Source: Phycisphaerae bacterium
GTDB lineage: Bacteria > Planctomycetota > Phycisphaerae > UBA1845
Assembly (NCBI GenBank): GCA_963666835.2
Contig: CAXXGO010000003.1
Location: 480,001-544,000 of the forward strand
Direction: 5' to 3'
Length of the DNA: 64,000 nucleotides
Below the pieces are notes generated by a model. The model was given only the letters and a program-made list of their open reading frames with translations. It did not search any database and had not been told where the DNA came from. Made by a program: the position numbers and the translations under genes. Positions 58,609 through 64,000 of the stretch are shown here, piece by piece; the first letter of the stretch is position 1; each line of letters starts with the position of its first letter.

Positions 58609-61470
58609 CTAGAGTGTCTTAAGATACTCCATAAGGTCGTTCAACTGGTCCTTGGTCATATCGTTGGTTACCCCGTGTTCGTCGTACGGGTTGAACCTCG
58701 TCCAGATCTCCTCGAGAGTCTCGGCGGTTCCGTTGTGCAAATACGGCGCCGAGTCGTAAATGTTGTTAAGGTGAGGCACATCGAATTCGGCCTCGCGATC
58801 CATCATCATCTTCGTACCGACATCCCGCACCGTTCGATCCGTGAACAACGGCGCAAAGTGGCAAGTGGCACAGCGGTTCTCTTCGGGAATCACTTTCCCG
58901 TCGTTGCCGACGGTTCGCTCAAAGACGGCTTTGCCGCGCCTTTGCGCAGGAGTCAACTTCCCCCCCACCGGCCGATATCGGTTTGGCGGACGCGGGATCG
59001 TGCAGATGTAGTTGTCCAGCGCCGCCAGCTCCTCCGGGGTGAACGGGTCGATCCTGGTAAAGAACACGGCCAGTCGCGGACCGCATTGCCGTTGCAGACT
59101 CGGATTCGTCCCCTCCCATTTGAAAGGAGCGGTATCCAGGATTCCGCGCAGCGTACGGTTGTCCACGGGGCTGCTCCCGATTCCGTCCGGTTCAATGTCG
59201 TACGTCAGACCGTCAATATGCCCGTCCGGATGGCACGAATGGCAGGAGAACTGGCGGTGGAACGTCACGTCGGCACTATGAAAAAGCAGCTCACCCCAGC
59301 GCACCTTGGTAATCGTCTCCGGACCACCCAAGTCGATCCGCCCCGCCGCCTCCAAACGGGGTACGTCAATCACCGTGATGGAATCGTCCAACGCGTTGGC
59401 GACAAAGGCCAGCCGTCCGTCCTTCGAGAAGAGCACCCCTCGCGGGCTGTTCCTGGTTTCAATGTGCTTGAGAATGAACTCCGTCGGTTTTCCAAGATGG
59501 TTCGGGAGAACATGCTCCAACTCATACTGACTTGCCCCGCGGAGCATCGTAATCAGCTTATCGACATCGATAACCGCGACCCGATCGGACCCGCTGCTGG
59601 TTACGAAAGCCAGCTTACCGTCCGGGCTGATTGCCACACCGGCCGCATCCGGAAAACACAGGTGCGGCTCGTCAAGCAGAACCTGATTGACCCTCCCGTC
59701 GCGCCAGATCACGCCCATCCCATTGGTGATCGTCCAGCCCTGCAGTAGCCTAGTCATCGGAACGAGGTTCTTGGTTCGGTTCAGAGTAATCAGTGCAAAC
59801 TCCCCGGACGGGTGCCAGGCGATACCCTGCATCAAGTTAGCTCCCGGCACCGTTATCCGCTGCTCCACCGCCTCCCGCCGGGTGTTGATAATCGTGACTT
59901 CCGACAGCGACGGCTCACGGAACTCCACAAACCGCGAAAGGGTGTTGGTGCAAGCGATTCGCTCTCCGTCGGGGCTCAGTGCTGCGGCCCACGGTCCCCG
60001 ACTACCGGTCAGGCGCTTCTTTTCTGTCCCGGTATCCCCATCAATCACCGAGATGCTGTCCGCAGAGGTGTTCAATACGTAGACGACCCGACCGGCCTGG
60101 TCCATCAGAACCCCGTGCGGTTCGTCCCCAACTTCAACGGTTTTCAGAACCGTGCGGCTTTGCGTATCCACCACCACCATCGTGTCATCCAAGCGGTTCG
60201 TCACAAATGCGCGCGTCCCGTCCGGACTGAAGGCCACCCCGGTAGGCTGCCCTCCCGTTGTAATCTCCGCCACCGCTCGCCGTGACGCCACATCGACTAC
60301 CACCACGGAGTCGGACGCCTCGCATGCTACGTACAATTCAGTTCCATCTGGAGAAAGCGCGAGGTTTAGCGGCGTCTTGTAGCGTTGGGCTTGGGTCCCT
60401 TCCTTCAGTGTTTCCGCGCGCAACGGATGGCTGATCTTCTTCATCTTGGCGGTATAATCGAAAGACGATCCGTCATCTGAACCGTGGCACGGTGCGCACG
60501 TCTGCGCAGTAACGGGCAGCAGTCCGGCCTGCCGCGCGGCGGGCGGGTCGCGCATGACGGCTTCCACCGCGTAGTCACTGCCGGGTCCGTGACAGGCCTC
60601 ACACTGCACTCCGTCGAGCAGATCGAAACCGGGCAGCGCCGGGGCCGCCCCTTTGCGCACACCGGTTGCGTGGCATACCAGGCACTCCTGCAACTCCTGC
60701 GGAACGCCCCTTGCCCCGGCCTTCTCCGCCGCCTGATAGCCCGCCGGCGTGCCTAGCACCGCATAAGCTGCGGCATGCCCGCTGTCCCGCCACTTGCTGA
60801 ACTGGTAACCCATCATAGGCCCCTTGTGGCAGCCCGCGCATTTCATAACCCCGACGTATCCCCTTGTGCCTGAAGCCGGCTTATTCTCCGGGCGGGCTGT
60901 TGCCGCCGCCCCATCGTTGGGCGTCGGGTGGGCGATCTTCTTCATTCCCATCGCCACGTCCAACTGCGGCGCACTGAGCACCGCCACATGCGAGCCTTTC
61001 ACATTGTGGCACATCATGCAATCGCGCGGCCGCGGCATTCGCAGGCCCGCCATCATGGCCTTCTCCCGGTCCATCATTACTTCGTTGTTCGCATATTCGC
61101 TGCCAGGACCGTGACATGTCTCGCATTGCACCCCGTCTTCAAGAAGGAACTCGTCTTCCTTCTCCCACGCCTCCACCCTCGAGCCCGTAGCGTGGCACCC
61201 CAAGCACATGGCGGATTCCTGCGGTTCCTCGGGGATCCCGCTGAGCTCGGCGATCTTCTTGGACTGCGGGCTCCACAGGCAGGCGTAAGCTCCCGAATGG
61301 GCCGACGCCCGCCATAGACCGACCTGATGACCGGCCGCTTTTCCCGCGTGGCATTTGGCGCAGGCTCTGACACCTACGTATATGGGATGCCGGTCGTGGA
61401 CGCCGGGATCCGAAGCCGACGCCAAACTCGCCACGACCCCCACACAGACAACCAAAACGCCCAATCGCAT
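58609..61470 (-). CDS. 10-heme fusion: 2x cytochrome c554-like tetraheme + YVTN beta-propeller + diheme CCP/MauG-like domain (HzsB/HzsC-like)
   Basis: Two YVG...CxxCH...W..S.H..A...CxxCH..G....GVQCE.CHGPGS.Y...CxxCH modules, P.G.A.SPDG...YV.N..SD...VID repeats, then G..LF...SCHSCHPDG, TAPF.W.G, RG.AVF...CATCH and P.L......APYLH.G. Confidence 0.92.
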   Translation of the reverse strand: MRLGVLVVCVGVVASLASASDPGVHDRHPIYVGVRACAKCHAGKAAGHQVGLWRASAHSGAYACLWSPQSKKIAELSGIPEEPQESAMCLGCHATGSRVEAWEKEDEFLLEDGVQCETCHGPGSEYANNEVMMDREKAMMAGLRMPRPRDCMMCHNVKGSHVAVLSAPQLDVAMGMKKIAHPTPNDGAAATARPENKPASGTRGYVGVMKCAGCHKGPMMGYQFSKWRDSGHAAAYAVLGTPAGYQAAEKAGARGVPQELQECLVCHATGVRKGAAPALPGFDLLDGVQCEACHGPGSDYAVEAVMRDPPAARQAGLLPVTAQTCAPCHGSDDGSSFDYTAKMKKISHPLRAETLKEGTQAQRYKTPLNLALSPDGTELYVACEASDSVVVVDVASRRAVAEITTGGQPTGVAFSPDGTRAFVTNRLDDTMVVVDTQSRTVLKTVEVGDEPHGVLMDQAGRVVYVLNTSADSISVIDGDTGTEKKRLTGSRGPWAAALSPDGERIACTNTLSRFVEFREPSLSEVTIINTRREAVEQRITVPGANLMQGIAWHPSGEFALITLNRTKNLVPMTRLLQGWTITNGMGVIWRDGRVNQVLLDEPHLCFPDAAGVAISPDGKLAFVTSSGSDRVAVIDVDKLITMLRGASQYELEHVLPNHLGKPTEFILKHIETRNSPRGVLFSKDGRLAFVANALDDSITVIDVPRLEAAGRIDLGGPETITKVRWGELLFHSADVTFHRQFSCHSCHPDGHIDGLTYDIEPDGIGSSPVDNRTLRGILDTAPFKWEGTNPSLQRQCGPRLAVFFTRIDPFTPEELAALDNYICTIPRPPNRYRPVGGKLTPAQRRGKAVFERTVGNDGKVIPEENRCATCHFAPLFTDRTVRDVGTKMMMDREAEFDVPHLNNIYDSAPYLHNGTAETLEEIWTRFNPYDEHGVTNDMTKDQLNDLMEYLKTL

Positions 61471-61499
61471 CGTACTGCACCCTCCCGGCCGGCCGGTAG

Positions 61500-63125
61500 T
61501 CAGCCCTTCTCCTGGATTACGCTGAGAATCTGCCTGCTCGCCACGTCCTTCAGTACGGTCGTTTCGCCGTTAGGCCAGCGGATCTCGACCCGGTCGACCT
61601 TGTTTGCATCCTTGAGCCCGAAGTGGGCCCGCGGATCGCTCCGCGAAAGATACCCGGTTACCCCCGCCACTTCGCACACCCGACGACTCTCGCCCACAAT
61701 CGCGGTGACCCGTGCGCCAATGGCGTCAGCCCCGCTCCCAGCGAGCTTCGGCGCGACGGTCAGCCAGTGGTTCCGATTGCCGCCGTCATTACGCAGGAGC
61801 CTGGCCGGTCCGTTGAGGTTCATCACAAGAATGTCAATGTCCCCGTCATTATCGTAATCCGCCACGGCCGCACCTCGGCCCACGTACTTCTCACGGAAGT
61901 AACTCCCCGACCGATCCGCAACATCGACGAACACCCCGTCGCCACGGTTTCTAACCAGGACGTCCTCCTCACTGTACTCGTGGTGGGCGTTGCCGTTGGC
62001 TACGAAAATATCTAATAAGCCATCGTTGTCGTAGTCCAACAGCCCGCCGCCCCAGCCGGTGTACTGCCCGCAGATGACCGCCAGATTGCTCGGAGCAGTC
62101 ACGTCAACGAACCAATCCCCCTTCCGCAACAGCAGACAACCGTACCCCATGTCAGGAATGTAAACGTCGAGCAGGCCGTCGCGATTCACGTCCCCGACGA
62201 CCGGGCCCATTGACGATGCCCCCTGTCCGCCTTCCCCAAACGCCAGCCCCCAATCCAACGTCTCGTTTCGAAAGGTCCCCTTACCGGTGTTGACAAAGTA
62301 CGCATTTGGCGTGGCATCGTTGGTGACGTAGAGGTCGATCAGACCATCGTCGTTCAGATCAGTCGCAACCGCGCTCATCGCCCGTCCGTCCGGATAGAAG
62401 ACTCCGACCTCTTTCGAAACTTCCGAGAAACTGCCGTCACCGTTGTTGCGGTAGAGTCGGTCGGGATGCGCTCGGTAGCTCAGCGGCCCCGGATAGCCGG
62501 CGGCCGGGTAGAAATCGCGGAACTGCCCTGCGTCGTACTCAAGGTAGTTGGCCACGTAGACATCCAGATCCCCGTCACCGTCATAATCCAGCCACGGGGC
62601 GGAGAGACTCCACAGCGGATCAGCCAAGCCCGATTCCGCAGAGGCGTCGGTGAACGTACCGTCGCCGTTATTGCGGTAGAGCACGTTGGGACCGTAGTTC
62701 AACACGTACAGATCAACATCGCCGTCGTTGTCATAATCCGCCGCCGATACGCCAATCCCATACCCCTGATCGCCCACCTTGGCCTTGTCTGTAACGTCGA
62801 CGAAAGTGCCGTCACCGTTGTTACGGTAGAGCCGATTCGACAGTTGGCCGCGCAAGTCGCGTCCCAGGTTATCGTTGACCTCGCGCCGCCAGCAGGCGTT
62901 CACCAGGTAGATGTCGAGAAGACCATCCCCGTCGAAATCGAAGAACGCTCCGCCCGGACCGGTCCCTTCGACGATATTGCTGAGGTTGCGGTCTCCGAAG
63001 CTGTGTTTGAACTCAAGGCCCGCCTGCTCGGTCACATCGGTGAAGACCGGCAGCGGAGCATCCTCTCCGGCCGCCGCACATGCCGCCAACATCGTGACAC
63101 ACCATGCCTTGCCGATGGTTCTCAT
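61500..63125 (-). CDS. CRTAC1/ASPIC-UnbV family protein
   Basis: FTDVT..AGL.F.H, IVE..G.G.A.FD.DGDG, FG-GAP repeats and DAIGARV...HFGL...IRWP.G. ATG 63125 overlaps the upstream stop (ATGA). Confidence 0.93.
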   Translation of the reverse strand: MRTIGKAWCVTMLAACAAAGEDAPLPVFTDVTEQAGLEFKHSFGDRNLSNIVEGTGPGGAFFDFDGDGLLDIYLVNACWRREVNDNLGRDLRGQLSNRLYRNNGDGTFVDVTDKAKVGDQGYGIGVSAADYDNDGDVDLYVLNYGPNVLYRNNGDGTFTDASAESGLADPLWSLSAPWLDYDGDGDLDVYVANYLEYDAGQFRDFYPAAGYPGPLSYRAHPDRLYRNNGDGSFSEVSKEVGVFYPDGRAMSAVATDLNDDGLIDLYVTNDATPNAYFVNTGKGTFRNETLDWGLAFGEGGQGASSMGPVVGDVNRDGLLDVYIPDMGYGCLLLRKGDWFVDVTAPSNLAVICGQYTGWGGGLLDYDNDGLLDIFVANGNAHHEYSEEDVLVRNRGDGVFVDVADRSGSYFREKYVGRGAAVADYDNDGDIDILVMNLNGPARLLRNDGGNRNHWLTVAPKLAGSGADAIGARVTAIVGESRRVCEVAGVTGYLSRSDPRAHFGLKDANKVDRVEIRWPNGETTVLKDVASRQILSVIQEKG

Positions 63126-64000
63126 TCCGTAACTCCACGCGCTAGCCCGGCATCCGTGGCGGGCCCCACCTCTTGTTCTGGAATGCCATCCCAATGAGCA
63201 CCCAGATCAATCCACTCGATAAGTGTCGCCTTTTCGGCATTAGATAGCTGCTTGGCCTCCGCCGGCGGGCACTGCGAAACCGCTTGCCCGCTCCCCATCG
63301 CCGCATCCTCAGAACTCACGGTGTTCCGCCCGAAGAGCCGCCAGACCAGCGGACTGGTTCTGGCCTGTCCCGGGTGGATGTACTTGCCCCTGACCGGATC
63401 GCTCCCCGCTACCGAATCCTCTACACCTTCAAGAAGAGCAGCGTACACTTGATCGGCTCCCCCCGTCGGCTTTAGCTCCAGATCAAACTCACGGGCTGAA
63501 TCACCGTGGCACCCCATGCATTTCCGCTCGATAATCGGCATGACCTCGCGTCGAAAGTCAACGGTCCTTCGTTTCAGAGCCGGCAGGGTCAACCGCGTGG
63601 CCGGGCGTCGCAGAGCCGCCACGAGCCGGTTCTCCGGAGTCAGTTCCGGATCTTCGTGGCAGCCGATACAGCCCCGCGGCTCGCGATGCTTCACCCAGAT
63701 CCACCCGGAGCTTGCCAAAGCCAACCCGTCAGCATCCAACGTCTGCAACTGAACCGGCAGGTCAGCCGGTATTTCTATCTGAAAGGAGCCGTCCTCCTCA
63801 ATCGGCGCCACCCCCAACAGCCGCTTGCGCACCACCGGAGGCCACATCTGTAGCGAGTCGGAGATTCGTTCACCGGCCCGCGCGGGAACGCCCTCAATCA
63901 CGCGCAATGTTCGGGTCGTACCGGCCAGCATGCGTGGGGCAGCCGAGGGATCGGTAAGGTTTGCGTTCAGGCAATACAACTGGCCCGTCGGGTACTTCTC
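63122..64000 (-). CDS. Hydrazine synthase alpha-subunit-like protein, 3' part (middle domain + two heme c motifs)
   Basis: Frame is open to the window edge (EKYPTGQLYCLN...). LRVIEG...RLLG.AP.E.DGSF...IPAD.P.QLQTLD.DG.AL....WIWV...E.RGCIGCHE, then a second motif CMGCH. Confidence 0.8.
   Translation of the reverse strand, partial: EKYPTGQLYCLNANLTDPSAAPRMLAGTTRTLRVIEGVPARAGERISDSLQMWPPVVRKRLLGVAPIEEDGSFQIEIPADLPVQLQTLDADGLALASSGWIWVKHREPRGCIGCHEDPELTPENRLVAALRRPATRLTLPALKRRTVDFRREVMPIIERKCMGCHGDSAREFDLELKPTGGADQVYAALLEGVEDSVAGSDPVRGKYIHPGQARTSPLVWRLFGRNTVSSEDAAMGSGQAVSQCPPAEAKQLSNAEKATLIEWIDLGAHWDGIPEQEVGPATDAGLARGVTE

Noticed and set aside
58609..64000. Calling these genes bona fide anammox hzsABC
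   Set aside because: Domain fusions, accessory genes and general gene content differ from anammox clusters, and only part of the alpha-like gene is visible. Homology does not establish hydrazine synthesis.

Overview
GC-rich bacterial window, most consistent with a Planctomycetota (Phycisphaerae-like) genome. This is inferred from the lysS-lolC/E linkage, IPTL-CTERM and dockerin-like surface proteins, a TIGR02999-type ECF sigma factor, a Ser/Thr kinase and planctomycete-style REP palindromes. The left and middle parts hold housekeeping and accessory genes: lolC/E, lysS, GNAT, HEAT-repeat protein, priming glycosyltransferase, kinase, a doubly frameshifted gamma-carbonic-anhydrase-like gene, ClC channel, TSP3 protein, MFS/spermidine-synthase-like fusion, DUF362 plus polyferredoxin, two radical SAM genes, TolC, MarR, MMPL, HAD, TMTC-like glycosyltransferase and an orphan OppF. 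Three ASPIC/UnbV (CRTAC1-like) genes are spread across the window. The right 14 kb is the most striking part and holds at least 28 CxxCH heme motifs. A dockerin-tagged 16-heme cytochrome built from two tandem octaheme modules converges on a minus-strand operon that looks like a hydrazine-synthase-like system outside anammox bacteria. That operon has an HzsA-like gene (cut by the window edge), a CRTAC1 gene, a 10-heme fusion of 2x c554-like + beta-propeller (HzsB-like) + diheme CCP/MauG-like (HzsC-like) domains, a second propeller and two orphan periplasmic binding proteins. Several REP/palindrome families occur, including one inserted in frame inside a gene and a trio of hairpin elements bracketing two small orphan genes. 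No tRNA, rRNA or CRISPR array was seen. All family calls come from motif recognition by eye, not database searches.
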